A stretch of 64,000 bases of DNA from Candidatus Hydrogenedentota bacterium. Lineage in GTDB: Bacteria > Hydrogenedentota > Hydrogenedentia > Hydrogenedentales > JAEUWI01. Numbering within the stretch: the first letter of the stretch is position 1; each line of letters starts with the position of its first letter. Positions 19,159 through 28,957 of the stretch are shown here, in pieces. Both the position numbers and the translations under genes were made by a program. The notes under the pieces were generated by a model that saw only the letters and a list, made by a program, of their open reading frames with translations, searched no databases and was not told where the DNA came from. The stretch is from positions 6,235 through 70,234 of the forward strand of contig JAHBVV010000006.1 of the NCBI GenBank assembly GCA_019637335.1, read 5' to 3'.

Positions 19159-21162
19159 TCAACGATTACGCAACAAGAACAGCGGCGGCAGCGCATTGGA
19201 TTCGAAGACGACGCGCCCCGCCGTGTCCAGCATCAGAACAGAAGCATCGCCGGGCGCCGCGCCGGCCAACACGGGCAGCGGCGAATCCTCACAGGGAATA
19301 TCGGCCAGGGTGACCAGCGCGATGACCAGATCCGGAGCCGCGGCCAGGGTCTGGAGCTGGGTCAGGGCCTCCAGATAAATGGGTGCTTCGGCGGCGCCGG
19401 CGAAGACGAGCAACGCCCGAGCCGCCGCTTCGCCGGAACCCGCCGGGAGTTGCCCGCAGCGCAATTCCCAACTCCGCCAAGGGAGTTCGGACCCAAGAGC
19501 GCTTTTGCCCTTGCCGGGGCCGTCCAGCGGGATGTCGCCCAGTGTCTTGATCTCGCCGGGAGCCAGGTTGAAGGTTTCGGACTCGGCGCTCGCGCCGGAC
19601 GCATCGCGCGCGGCAAGGCGCTGGGGCACGCCGGGGGCCACGGCCTCCCACTGAAACGCTCCGTCCGGGCCGCTGAAGGTCTGCCATAGTAAAACGGCGT
19701 CCGAGGCGGATTCACCCGGGAAGAACGCGCCGATCGATGCTCCCGGAAGCCCCCGGCCACGCCGGTTCACGACTTTCCCGTTCACGGAAGCGGCCGCAAA
19801 CAACTGCACGGATCCCGGAGCATCCTGGCTCTTTTCAAGACGGAACAGGGCCACTTCGGGGCGGTCGGGATGCTCGGCGCGCCCGAGCAAAGCGCCCTCT
19901 TCGGGAAAGTGTTGTACACGAAGGCTTGTGCGGCCGTCGCCGTCGGCGGTATACCAGCCAAGCTGCCGCGGCCGGAGCAGCGTGACTATCGCACCGGGGA
20001 CAGGGGCGCCCGCACTGTCCAGCACCTGAATTCCGTATGCGGGAAGGGGCTTGAGCCACATCCCCGGAAGCGCGACATCCGCGCCCTCGGCGAGGCTGAC
20101 CTTCACGTTCTGGTTATCGGGCGGAAAATAGCCCGGGGTCGCGTCGATACGAATAATATTGTCTCCTTCGCCGGCGGTGAAGGCGAAGTCTCCGCCCGGC
20201 CCGGTACGAACAACGGCGGCGGTGGCGTCGTTGGTTGACAGGACCACACGAACGTTCCGGACGGGCTCTCCGCTGAGCGCATCCCGCACGTTCCCTCGTA
20301 TCGTACCGGTGCCGGCGACATAGGCGCGCATCTGCTCGATCGGGCGCTCCCCGGTAATCACCAGGCGCTCCCAACCCGGCGTGCGCAGCCCGGCCCCCTC
20401 GGCGCGGTAGAGATAGACGCCCGGCTTCAAGCGAATCGTGAACTTGCCGGACAGGTTGGCCCGGTTGGTCGTGGTATCGAAGGGGGGCTGCGCGTTCTTG
20501 ATGAGAATGGCGGCCTGTCCCACGGCGGCCTGGTTGGCCCGCGCGAAGATCAAGCCTTCGACCAGAACACCGGGATGCATCGTGATCTTGACGCCCTGCT
20601 GGCCAACCGGGACGTCCATGATACCTTCTTGCGCGTAGCTGGCGTGCCCGACCTTAAGGTCAATGAGCGCGCCCTCCGGGAGTCCGGTGAGAGTAAAACG
20701 CCCCGCGGCGTCGCTCACCGGCTCCGGATAGCCAAACTGGCGCAACTTGGCCAGCGGAATCCCCACCTTGTGGGCCGATTTCAGGCCAATGCGGGTGATA
20801 CGTGCTCCCTCGACGGGCTTGCCACCGGGATCGGCGATGGTTCCGGAGATCTCGCGGGGTTTTCCGAGGGTGATCGTCAACGGGGGCACCACATCGCCCA
20901 CGCTGAGATCGAGGTGCCGCCCGCCCATTCCATGGCCCGGGGCGACCGCGAATACGCCCGCGGGCCCGGGTTCCACCGCGTCGAATCGGAAGGCGCCGCT
21001 CTCCGGCGTGATGGTATCGAGCAAGGCGCCGCCGAGCCCGGGCTCCAGGAAGACCTGGGCGTGCGCGACCGGCTGATTGTTCGCGTCCACAACGCGGCCT
21101 TCAATCGTGGAGGCGCCCAGCGCGGCGGACAACACGGCGCCCACCAGTAAGAGTGATGTCAT
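19159..21162 (-). CDS. Secreted multi-CarboxypepD_reg-domain protein, paralog of the downstream gene, with degenerate Trx-like C-terminus
   Basis: The ATG at 21162 gives MTSLLLVGAVLSAALGAST and then EGRVVDANNQPVAHAQVFL-type repeats. The C-terminal ALLVFAGAAEAPIYLEAL...VLMLDTAGRVVFE is Trx-fold-like without cysteines. Confidence 0.7.
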   Translation of the reverse strand: MTSLLLVGAVLSAALGASTIEGRVVDANNQPVAHAQVFLEPGLGGALLDTITPESGAFRFDAVEPGPAGVFAVAPGHGMGGRHLDLSVGDVVPPLTITLGKPREISGTIADPGGKPVEGARITRIGLKSAHKVGIPLAKLRQFGYPEPVSDAAGRFTLTGLPEGALIDLKVGHASYAQEGIMDVPVGQQGVKITMHPGVLVEGLIFARANQAAVGQAAILIKNAQPPFDTTTNRANLSGKFTIRLKPGVYLYRAEGAGLRTPGWERLVITGERPIEQMRAYVAGTGTIRGNVRDALSGEPVRNVRVVLSTNDATAAVVRTGPGGDFAFTAGEGDNIIRIDATPGYFPPDNQNVKVSLAEGADVALPGMWLKPLPAYGIQVLDSAGAPVPGAIVTLLRPRQLGWYTADGDGRTSLRVQHFPEEGALLGRAEHPDRPEVALFRLEKSQDAPGSVQLFAAASVNGKVVNRRGRGLPGASIGAFFPGESASDAVLLWQTFSGPDGAFQWEAVAPGVPQRLAARDASGASAESETFNLAPGEIKTLGDIPLDGPGKGKSALGSELPWRSWELRCGQLPAGSGEAAARALLVFAGAAEAPIYLEALTQLQTLAAAPDLVIALVTLADIPCEDSPLPVLAGAAPGDASVLMLDTAGRVVFESNALPPLFLLRNR

Positions 21163-21238
21163 GTCGCTTCCTTCAGAGGTGCTGCGCCACATCGTATAGA
21201 AAATGGGGCGCGCTATCCAAGTTCGCGGCGGGGCGGGA

Positions 21239-21268
21239 TTGAACCCGGGCGCGCCCCTTGCCTACAAT
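21239..21268 (+). promoter_or_regulatory. Candidate sigma70 promoter
   Basis: TTGAAC (21239-21244), an 18-nt spacer, then TACAAT (21263-21268), 25 nt upstream of the GTG at 21293. Confidence 0.35.
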
Positions 21269-21292
21269 GCCCGGGCAGACAGGAGAGTACGC

Positions 21293-21598
21293 GTGCGACA
21301 AGTGGATGTGAAGTTTCTCCGTCCCGGTCAGGTTCTTGCCGATCGGGTGTGCAACGCGGCGGGCGCGGTACTCTGCCCGCTCGGGTATACACTGACGGAA
21401 CAGGCTATAGAACGTCTCGAAAACGCGCGGATCGAGAGCGTCTGGATCGAGGGCAGCGCCAGGCCGCCCGTGGACGTCACGGAGTCGCTTACGCAACTGG
21501 ACCGGCGCTTTAACGGTGTGGAAGACCCGGTCCTCCTCGAAATTCGCGCCCTTATCCGGCGGCGCTACGAACGGTTTCTTGAAGAATATGGTGGATGA
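21293..21598 (+). CDS. Small hypothetical protein (about 101 aa), likely signalling accessory
   Basis: The GTG at 21293 is preceded by AGGAGAG. VDVKFLRPGQVLADRVCNAAGAVLCPLGYTLTEQAIERLENARIESVWI resembles the N-terminal module often fused to HD-GYP/HD proteins (from memory). Confidence 0.5.
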   Translation: MRQVDVKFLRPGQVLADRVCNAAGAVLCPLGYTLTEQAIERLENARIESVWIEGSARPPVDVTESLTQLDRRFNGVEDPVLLEIRALIRRRYERFLEEYGG

Positions 21599-21756
21599 TC
21601 GCGGACGGGACAACCGCGGGCCCACGCTCCTCCCTATTACCCCAGAACACGCGTAACGGGCGTCGTTGCCCGGCCAGCCCCTCGGGGCGCTCCGGAGAAA
21701 CGCCCAAACCTCGCCTGCCCGGCGGCTTGCCGCGCGCGCAAACAGGATTGCCACCG

Positions 21757-22605
21757 ATGGCCATGTCACCAGAACTGCTGAAGCGCAAAGTGGAGGATCT
21801 GTCGAATCTTCCCACGCTTCCCGCCTTCGTGACGGCCATCACGAATATGGTGGAGGATGACACGACAAGCGCGCAGGAAATCGCCGAGGTTATCCAGCGC
21901 GATCAGGTGCTGAGCGCAAAGATCCTGAAGCTGGTCAATTCCCCGGTATACGGCTTTCCCCGGCGCATCTCGTCGGTGACGCACGCCCTGGTCCTGCTCG
22001 GCTTTAACGTCGTGAAGGGGCTGGTGCTCTCGACGGCGGTCTTCGGGGAGCTGGCGCGCCAGACGAGCGGCCTGTGGAAGCATAGCCTGGCCACCGCGCT
22101 GCTCAGCCGCCGCATTGCGACGGAAATCGGCGCGCTCGATCCGGAGGAGTGCATGATCGCGGGCCTGCTGCACGATCTGGGCAAAGTGATTCTGTCGCAC
22201 CTGGCCCCGGAAGATTACGTCCGCGCGATCGCGGCGGCCCACGAGAGCGGGCGGCACATCGCGCAGGTGGAGCGCGAGGTGTTCGGCGTGGACCATACGC
22301 GGGTCGCAATGTGGCTGGCGCTGCGCTGGAACCTCCCCGAGCGCCTGACCAACGCGCTGACCTGGCACCACACCCCCTCCCGCGCGCGAGAGGGCATGCA
22401 GATGGCCGCTATTGTGCACCTGGCCGATATCCTGGCCCGCGCGGAGAACTATGGCGAATCGGGCGATGGCACGATGCCTCCCCTGGATCACGCGGCGTTT
22501 GACTCACTCGGGCTGAGCCTCGAACAAATCGAGACGATCCTGAATGACGCGGCGGAGCAGTATCGGCGCGGGGCGGACGTGTTCGTCGTGGGGGGCGGCG
22601 TATAA
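21757..22605 (+). CDS. HDOD domain protein
   Basis: MAMSPELLKRKVEDLSNLPTLPAFVTAITNMVEDDTTSAQEIAEVIQRDQVLSAKILKLVNSPVYGFPRRISSVTHALVLLGFNVV...LLHDLGK. Confidence 0.85.
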   Translation: MAMSPELLKRKVEDLSNLPTLPAFVTAITNMVEDDTTSAQEIAEVIQRDQVLSAKILKLVNSPVYGFPRRISSVTHALVLLGFNVVKGLVLSTAVFGELARQTSGLWKHSLATALLSRRIATEIGALDPEECMIAGLLHDLGKVILSHLAPEDYVRAIAAAHESGRHIAQVEREVFGVDHTRVAMWLALRWNLPERLTNALTWHHTPSRAREGMQMAAIVHLADILARAENYGESGDGTMPPLDHAAFDSLGLSLEQIETILNDAAEQYRRGADVFVVGGGV

Positions 22606-22606
22606 G

Positions 22607-23542
22607 ATGCCCAAAAAGAAACCGGTCCATCTGCTCGTTATCGACCCGTTTGACGCGCTCGCACATGCCGTGAAACTCCTGCGCGACGCGGGGTTCGCGG
22701 TCGATGTAACGGAGCATGCCTCTCAGATCCATCCGATGATTCAGGAGGTCCTGCCGGCCTGCCTCATCGTGCCGCTGGAACTACAGGGGCGGGATGGCGA
22801 CATGCCGCTCGTGCGGGAACTGAAGAATGACAGCATCTACGGGCATCTCCCCGCCATTACGGCGCTCCCGGCGGAACGGCTTGAGGGGCTGGATTGGGCG
22901 GAATTGCAGGCGGACGAGTTTGTCATCCTGCCCTGTACCGATGGGGAATGGCTGGCGCGCGTCAAGATCTGCCTGGCGCGCGCGCAGCGCGATCTGAACG
23001 CGAACCCCCTGACGGGACTCCCCGGCAACATCGCCATCATCCGCGAGATAGAGGCCCGCCTCCAACGGCGCGACGCGTTTGCGGTGGCCTACCTCGATCT
23101 GGACCACTTCAAGCCGTTCAATGACAAATACGGCTTTCTGCGCGGGGACGAGGTGCTCCGGATGACGGCGCGCATTGTGGTGAACGCGGCGCGTTCGATC
23201 CGTGGCGGGGCCTCCTTCGTCGGGCACGTGGGCGGAGATGATTTCGTGCTGATCGCCGCCTCCGACCAGATCGGCGCGGCCTGTGACGAGATCACGCGCA
23301 ATTTCGACCTCCTGATCCCGAATTTCTATGATGAGGAGGACCGGATCCGGGGCGCGATACACGCGATCGATCGGCAGGGAAACGCCACGGTCTTTTCGCT
23401 GATGACCTGCTCGATTGCGGTGGTGGACACGGCGGCCCACACGATCCGGCACGTGGCGGATATCAGCGCGCGCGCGGCCCAGGTGAAAAAATACGCGAAG
23501 TCTATCCGCGGATCCGCGACATGCTACGATCGCCGCACCTGA
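22607..23542 (+). CDS. Receiver-like domain + GGDEF-family domain (GGDDF variant)
   Basis: The ATG lies 1 nt after the HDOD stop. The N-terminal CheY-like fold appears to have Pro in place of the phospho-acceptor Asp (LIVPLELQGRDG). The C-terminal part reads PLTGLPGNIAIIREIE...AYLDLDHFKPFNDKYGFLRGDEVL...GHVGGDDFVLIA. Confidence 0.8.
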   Translation: MPKKKPVHLLVIDPFDALAHAVKLLRDAGFAVDVTEHASQIHPMIQEVLPACLIVPLELQGRDGDMPLVRELKNDSIYGHLPAITALPAERLEGLDWAELQADEFVILPCTDGEWLARVKICLARAQRDLNANPLTGLPGNIAIIREIEARLQRRDAFAVAYLDLDHFKPFNDKYGFLRGDEVLRMTARIVVNAARSIRGGASFVGHVGGDDFVLIAASDQIGAACDEITRNFDLLIPNFYDEEDRIRGAIHAIDRQGNATVFSLMTCSIAVVDTAAHTIRHVADISARAAQVKKYAKSIRGSATCYDRRT

Positions 23543-23546
23543 GCGC

Positions 23547-24779
23547 TCAGCGGCAGGCGTTGGCGACTTCCTGCTCCAGCGCGGCGTAACGCTTCCGGAA
23601 GGTCTTTTCCAGCGCGTCCTGCGCCGGCATACCCTCCTTGAGCCGGTTTAGCATGGGCACAACCCGCTGGCCCCCGTAGCGCGTCCAGAGGAGGTTCGCG
23701 GTCGCATGGGCCTGCGCGTAGGCGAGGGTAAGCGCTTCGGGGCCGAGGCGGTTTAACTGGCTCCCCTCCAGGTCGGCCAGTTTGAAGTCGAGCCCTTCGG
23801 CGTAGGCGCGGCGAAGCAGGTCCAGGCGCGGGGCGTCCAGACGCCGCGAAAGCGTCTCCGCGAGCCCCTCGTTCAGCCACCACGGCATGTTCGGCCCCAC
23901 AAGATGGCGCAGCGCGACATGGACGTACTCGTGGGTGAGGCGGCGGTTCAACTCTTCTTCGTCCAGCCACTGCCCTTTCTCGTCCGTGATGGGCGCGCGA
24001 ATCTTGCCGTCGTAGACGGCCCCCACATGGCTGTCGAGCTGGGTCGCCTCGGCAAACTGTTCGGCGCTGTAGAGGATGACTTTGACCGTTTCCGGCGGAT
24101 AGACGCCGCCGAGCTTGCGCCCGATGTCGGCGTAGGCGCGCTCCAGGATGGATAGAATCTTGAAGCGCGCGCTTTGCGTGACGCCTTCGGGATAACTCAA
24201 TTGAAAATGGCGGGTGGCGGAGCTGTTGAAGTGCTGCTCGACATTCACCTCGCGAAAAAGCTTTTCGTATTTCTCCTGGAGCCCGGGCCAATCGGGTTTC
24301 ACTTCGAGGACGTAATCCCACTGCACGCGCGCGGAGGGAAGGTCGTTGTCCTGGTAATAGGCCTCGCCCAGCAGAAAATGCGCATCCAGCAGGCCCGGCT
24401 TCAGCTCTATAGCTTCCTCCAGGCGGAAAATGGCGTTGGACACCTCGTTGAGTTTGAGGTGATAGGAACCCACCTGCACGAGCGGCGAAGGATTCTGCGG
24501 GTGAATGCCTATCGCGAGGGTAAGGTGGCGGATCGCCTCGGCCATCTTGCCCGCCAGGTCGAACTCGCGGGCAACCTCCTGGTGCGCATTGCACAGGTTG
24601 TGGCGGATCGTGTCGTTGTCCGGCGCGAGCTCGTAGGCCTCTTCGAAATACGCCAGGGCTTCCGTGAAGCGGCCCGCCTCGTAGGCGTCTATGCCGAGCT
24701 TATTGAACTCGACCGCCGTCCGCGCCAGGGCGGCGGGCGCAAACGCGAGGAGCAACAGGCCAATCGCGGCGGGGCGCAT
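23547..24779 (-). CDS. Secreted TPR-repeat protein with peptidase-MA-like HExxH domain
   Basis: It has the signal peptide MRPAAIGLLLLAFAPAALA, TPR-like repeats (AYEAGRFTEALAYFEEAYELAPDN...) and HEYVH in LTHEYVHVALRHL. Confidence 0.7.
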   Translation of the reverse strand: MRPAAIGLLLLAFAPAALARTAVEFNKLGIDAYEAGRFTEALAYFEEAYELAPDNDTIRHNLCNAHQEVAREFDLAGKMAEAIRHLTLAIGIHPQNPSPLVQVGSYHLKLNEVSNAIFRLEEAIELKPGLLDAHFLLGEAYYQDNDLPSARVQWDYVLEVKPDWPGLQEKYEKLFREVNVEQHFNSSATRHFQLSYPEGVTQSARFKILSILERAYADIGRKLGGVYPPETVKVILYSAEQFAEATQLDSHVGAVYDGKIRAPITDEKGQWLDEEELNRRLTHEYVHVALRHLVGPNMPWWLNEGLAETLSRRLDAPRLDLLRRAYAEGLDFKLADLEGSQLNRLGPEALTLAYAQAHATANLLWTRYGGQRVVPMLNRLKEGMPAQDALEKTFRKRYAALEQEVANACR

Positions 24780-24784
24780 GCGCG

Positions 24785-25174
24785 CTAAGCCTCGGGAATG
24801 ATGGCGACAGCCTCAACTTCCACCTGGAAGTCCAGCGGAAGCCGGGCCACTTCCACGCAGGAGCGGGCCGGGGGATTCTCGGTGAAGTAGGTGGAATAGA
24901 CCGCGTTGAAGCGCTTGAAGTTGTTCATGTCCTTCAGGAAGCAGGTGGTCTTGATAACGTGCTCCAGGCCGGATCCCGCATCTTCCAGGACCGCGCGCAG
25001 GTTGTCGAGGGTGAGGTGCGTTTCCTCCTCCAGCGTGCCGGGCACAACGCCGCTGCCGTCTTTCGCCATGGGGCCCTGCCCCGATACGAAAAGGAGGTTG
25101 CCCGCGCGAACCGCGTGGGAATACGGCCCCCCCGCCGGGCTGCCGTTGGGAGAAAAAATGCATTCTTTTTGCAT
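24785..25174 (-). CDS. RidA/YjgF/TdcF family reactive-intermediate deaminase
   Basis: From the internal ATG at 25174: MQKECIFSPNGSPAGGPYSHAVRAGNLLFVSGQGP...ARSCVEVARLPLDFQVEVEAVA. Confidence 0.85.
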   Translation of the reverse strand: MQKECIFSPNGSPAGGPYSHAVRAGNLLFVSGQGPMAKDGSGVVPGTLEEETHLTLDNLRAVLEDAGSGLEHVIKTTCFLKDMNNFKRFNAVYSTYFTENPPARSCVEVARLPLDFQVEVEAVAIIPEA

Positions 25175-25295
25175 CTCAAGTCCTTCGTCTTCCTGAATGT
25201 TGCCGCGCAAGCTCGGGGATAGTCCGGCAAGCGCGGCCTACTGCTGGCGAAACAGTACCACGCACTGTCGGGAGGCGTCAAACCCGATTTGGAGG

Positions 25296-26477
25296 CTACG
25301 TCCGCAACGAACGCACCGCATCGATCAGACAATCGAGGTGATCGCGCGTTTGTCGCGGGTTTATCGGGAACGTAACGAGGCGCTCCGCGAGGCGTTCCGC
25401 CACGGGGAACTGTCCGCGGCGGTAGCCGCGATTCTGGAAAGCGGTGGACCAGTGCAGCGGGATGTAATGGAATCCAATCTGTATATCGTGCTCATGGCGC
25501 ATGCGATAGATAAAGTCTTCCTTCGTGAGGCCGAAGAGCTCGGGATCGATGCAGACGGGGTACAGGTGAAACACGTGCGTACAATCCGGGCGGCTCACAG
25601 GTAGTGAGAGGCCGGGGATATCCCCCAGGGCCTCGGAGAGGTACGCGGCGTTGTCGATGCGCCGTTGGTTCAGACAGTCAAGTTTCTTGAGCTGCTCGAG
25701 GCCCACCGCGGCCTGGATATCGGTCATACGAAAGTTGTAGCCGCAATCGTCAAAATCCTGCCACCAGAACTTTTTATCCATGGGAAACTTCGCGGGGTCG
25801 AGCGCGCAATACTTCGTATTCCCGCCGTGCACCCGGGTGCAGTGGGAGCGATAGAGGGCGACGCGTTCAAAGATCGCGGGGTCATTGGTTACTACCATCC
25901 CCCCCTCTCCCAGGGTGGAGATGTTCTTCTGCTCGTGGAAGCTGAAGCAGCCGGTGGTCCCCATCGAGCCCGCGGCGCGCCCGCGGTATCGCGCTCCAAT
26001 CGCGTGGCAGGCATCTTCTATGACAGGTACACCGTGCTTCTCCGCGATGGCAAGGATCGGGTCCATGTCGGCGCACTGGCCGTAGAGATGCACGGGGACT
26101 ATGGCCTTCGTGGCGGGCGTTATCGCGGCTTCGATCTCGGCCGGATTGATGTTGTAGGTAACGGGGTCCACGTCAACGAAATCGATTTCGGCGCCGAGGG
26201 TGACCGGGGCCGCGGCCGTCGCAATCCACGTTATCGGAGTCGTGATTACGCGATCGCCCGGCTTGATGTCGAGGCCCACCAGGGACAGGAACAGGGCGGC
26301 GGTGCCATTGCTGACACAGCGGGCGTATTCCACGCCGCAATACTCCGCGAAAGCCTTCTCGAAGGCGACACACGCGTTCCCGCTGGTCGGCGCATTCTCG
26401 CGCAATACGCGCAGCACGGCCGCTTCCTCTTCCGGGCCGTACTGGCTCCCGAACTTGATGGTGAGTTCGTCCCGCAT
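25296..26477 (-). CDS. DegT/DnrJ/EryC1/StrS family PLP-dependent sugar aminotransferase
   Basis: GNACVAFEKAFAEYCG, PVHLYGQCADMD and SFHEQKNISTLGEGGMVVT (PLP Lys) are present. Confidence 0.85.
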   Translation of the reverse strand: MRDELTIKFGSQYGPEEEAAVLRVLRENAPTSGNACVAFEKAFAEYCGVEYARCVSNGTAALFLSLVGLDIKPGDRVITTPITWIATAAAPVTLGAEIDFVDVDPVTYNINPAEIEAAITPATKAIVPVHLYGQCADMDPILAIAEKHGVPVIEDACHAIGARYRGRAAGSMGTTGCFSFHEQKNISTLGEGGMVVTNDPAIFERVALYRSHCTRVHGGNTKYCALDPAKFPMDKKFWWQDFDDCGYNFRMTDIQAAVGLEQLKKLDCLNQRRIDNAAYLSEALGDIPGLSLPVSRPDCTHVFHLYPVCIDPELFGLTKEDFIYRMRHEHDIQIGFHYIPLHWSTAFQNRGYRRGQFPVAERLAERLVTFPINPRQTRDHLDCLIDAVRSLRT

Positions 26478-26484
26478 AGTCGCT

Positions 26485-27384
26485 TCAATTCCCGAAGATG
26501 AGGTTGAGAGCCCGGTCGAGGTCGCACATGGGGGTCTTCAGCACGTCTCTGGCAAGGGCGTTGTCCAGCGACACGTCATCGGGCCGGGGGGCGCGGCCTT
26601 CGAAGTCGTTGGAGTTGATCGGGACGACAAGGTTCTCGCTGCAACCGAGTTTTCGGGCGATCTGCCGCGCCATGTCGCAGCGGTTGAGCCGCGTCGATCC
26701 AGCCAGGTTGATCACGCCGCGAAAATCGTTCTCGGCCAGCTCGACGAGGGACTTGCCGAGGGTAATGACATCGACCGGGGAGCGAACTTCGTTTTCCGGG
26801 ATGTGGATCTCGTCGCCCTGGCGCAGGCTTGCCTCCATCTTGGCGAGGAACGAGTTTCCGGCGCCGCCCAGCGGAAGACCGATGACGAGCGCCACGCGCG
26901 CGATGGCGTGATTCTCCAGGGCGTCGTGCACGAGGACCTCCGCGGCCACTTTCGTCCGGCCATAGAAGTTCACGGGATTCACGGGCGCGTTTTCGCTGTA
27001 GAGGCCCTCCTTCCCGTCAAACACGTTGTCCGTGGAGCAGAATACGAATCGCGCGCCGTGCAGTGCCGCGAGCGCGGCCAGTCGCCGGGTGGATTCGGTG
27101 TTGATCGCCGCGGCCTCGGCCTGGTGCGCCTCCGAGTAATCGATGTTCGCGATGGCGGCGATGTGCAGGATGGCATCGGGCCTCACGGCGGCCACCAGAT
27201 CGGCGGTGGCGGCCCGGTCGCAGATGTCCATCGCGTGATGAACAACGTTGGCGAGCGGTTGCGGGAGCGGGCCGCGGCTGCACGTGTGCATGGTCCAGTC
27301 CGCGGGCGCATGGTGCAACACGCTCCCGCCGACAAATCCGCTCGCTCCGGTTACCAGGACAGTTTTCGCCATCGAATGGTCCAA
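26485..27384 (-). CDS. RmlD-like NAD(P)-dependent sugar-nucleotide reductase/epimerase (SDR)
   Basis: VLVTGASGFVGGSV, HIAAIANIDYSEAHQAEAAAINTEST, FCSTDNVFDG and YGRTKVAAE (YxxxK) are present. An alternative start exists at 27372 (MAKT). Confidence 0.8.
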   Translation of the reverse strand: MDHSMAKTVLVTGASGFVGGSVLHHAPADWTMHTCSRGPLPQPLANVVHHAMDICDRAATADLVAAVRPDAILHIAAIANIDYSEAHQAEAAAINTESTRRLAALAALHGARFVFCSTDNVFDGKEGLYSENAPVNPVNFYGRTKVAAEVLVHDALENHAIARVALVIGLPLGGAGNSFLAKMEASLRQGDEIHIPENEVRSPVDVITLGKSLVELAENDFRGVINLAGSTRLNRCDMARQIARKLGCSENLVVPINSNDFEGRAPRPDDVSLDNALARDVLKTPMCDLDRALNLIFGN

Positions 27385-27430
27385 TCCGTTTCCGCCCGCG
27401 CGGGCGGCGCCTTTTCAGGCGGGGTTCGCG

Positions 27431-28765
27431 TCAGCCGGAGGCCGCGTCGCTGCGGCGGCGATCGTTCCGGGTGTGAATGCGCTGGATCTGCCAGCAGAGG
27501 AAGATCATCAACACGACAAACAATACGGACATGCTGAGCCCGAGCATATTGACGTTTCGAATCTGGTCGGCGGGCGCCCGCCCTTCCATCAGATACGGGA
27601 TGACGAGTTCCTGGGCCACCGGGCCAATACTGCCGATGCCGTTGACCAGGCCGGCTACCGCCACGCCGTTGCGTTCGCCGGCCACCGAGACGGCCGCGGC
27701 GCCGCAAAGCAGGGTGTCCGGACCGTAGAGCATGAAGCCGACGAGCCCGAAGCAAATTGCCAGCATGATGGGGTTGGCGCCAAATTGCAGGACGGTAACG
27801 TAGCCGGCGACGAGCCCGACCGCCATGATGAGGGTGATGCGCTCCCAGCGCCCGCGAAAGAGCCAGTCCAGGGCGACGCCCGCGACGATCGCGCCGCCGA
27901 GCCCCGCGAAATCAAGGATGCCGGAGTAGTAGGAGGCTTTGTCGACCTCCATGCCCTGGATATACAGGAAGGTCGGGAGCCAGGAGTCCAGCGCGTAGCG
28001 GAGGAACTTGATGCAGAAATAGGCGATGCCCATCATCGGCACGATGGGGTTGATCACGATGTGGAGATAGTCGCGGAAGGTCACGGACTCTTCCGTAGAC
28101 GCCTGCACCGCGTTGTCCTCGTCGCCCTCGCCATGGCTGACGATGGGATCGAGCCCAACGTCTTCCGGTTTGTCCCGTTGCCAGAAATAGACGATCCACC
28201 AGACGAAAAAGGCGGCCAGGGTGCATCCCCAGAAGGCGTAGGGCACGCCGTAGTGGTAGAGCATGTATCCCGCGATGGCTTTTACCACCAGGTTGCCGAG
28301 GAGGTAGCTTGTGGACCAGAAGCCCATGATGGTGCCGCGCTCTTTCTTGCGCAGCCATTCGGCGATGCCGCCCACGGCGCCCGGCCAGCCCGCGGCCTGG
28401 ACCAGGCCATTGAAAAACATGAACACAATGAACGTGGAGAGGGAGTTCGCGAAGCCGAAGACGACGTTGATCGCGATCGAGAGGCCCAGCCCGCCGAGCA
28501 GCAGGGCGCGCGGGCCGTATTTTCGCCCGACAAAGCTGTTGACGAACTGGCCGATCATGTAGGCGACGAGGTAGGCGGTCCAGATGTAGGCGACGCCGTG
28601 CACGCTGAAGCCGTAGTCGCCTCCAGCATCCATCAATACGGGTTTGGCGGAACCGAACACCTTGCGGACCAGATAGAAGCCCGCGTAGGCCAGGTAGGTG
28701 GAAAGGAGAATCTTGATGCGCCAGATATGCTGGTCGCGATTCAGCGGCTTCAGGGCAACGGACAC
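27431..28765 (-). CDS. MFS transporter, organophosphate:Pi antiporter (GlpT/UhpC-like) family
   Basis: The GTG at 28765 is preceded by GGGAG. RIKILLSTYLAYAGFYLVRKVFGSAKPVL matches the GlpT-type TM1 signature, and there are about 12 hydrophobic segments. The track's N-terminal extension is Arg-rich. Confidence 0.8.
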   Translation of the reverse strand: MSVALKPLNRDQHIWRIKILLSTYLAYAGFYLVRKVFGSAKPVLMDAGGDYGFSVHGVAYIWTAYLVAYMIGQFVNSFVGRKYGPRALLLGGLGLSIAINVVFGFANSLSTFIVFMFFNGLVQAAGWPGAVGGIAEWLRKKERGTIMGFWSTSYLLGNLVVKAIAGYMLYHYGVPYAFWGCTLAAFFVWWIVYFWQRDKPEDVGLDPIVSHGEGDEDNAVQASTEESVTFRDYLHIVINPIVPMMGIAYFCIKFLRYALDSWLPTFLYIQGMEVDKASYYSGILDFAGLGGAIVAGVALDWLFRGRWERITLIMAVGLVAGYVTVLQFGANPIMLAICFGLVGFMLYGPDTLLCGAAAVSVAGERNGVAVAGLVNGIGSIGPVAQELVIPYLMEGRAPADQIRNVNMLGLSMSVLFVVLMIFLCWQIQRIHTRNDRRRSDAASG

Positions 28766-28957
28766 GCTATACTCCCGGTCAGGGGCCGTGACGCTGGAAC
28801 GCGCGATCACTACGCGAACCGGCGCGGCGCCTGGACAATTCGAGCGGCGTGTTTCCCCAACCGAAGCGCGTGCGCGCTTCGCCCGTCGTGCGGCCACGCC
28901 CGGTGAAGGCGGTATAGTACCCGCTCAAGCGCGGAACTGCAACCCGGCGGACGCGCG

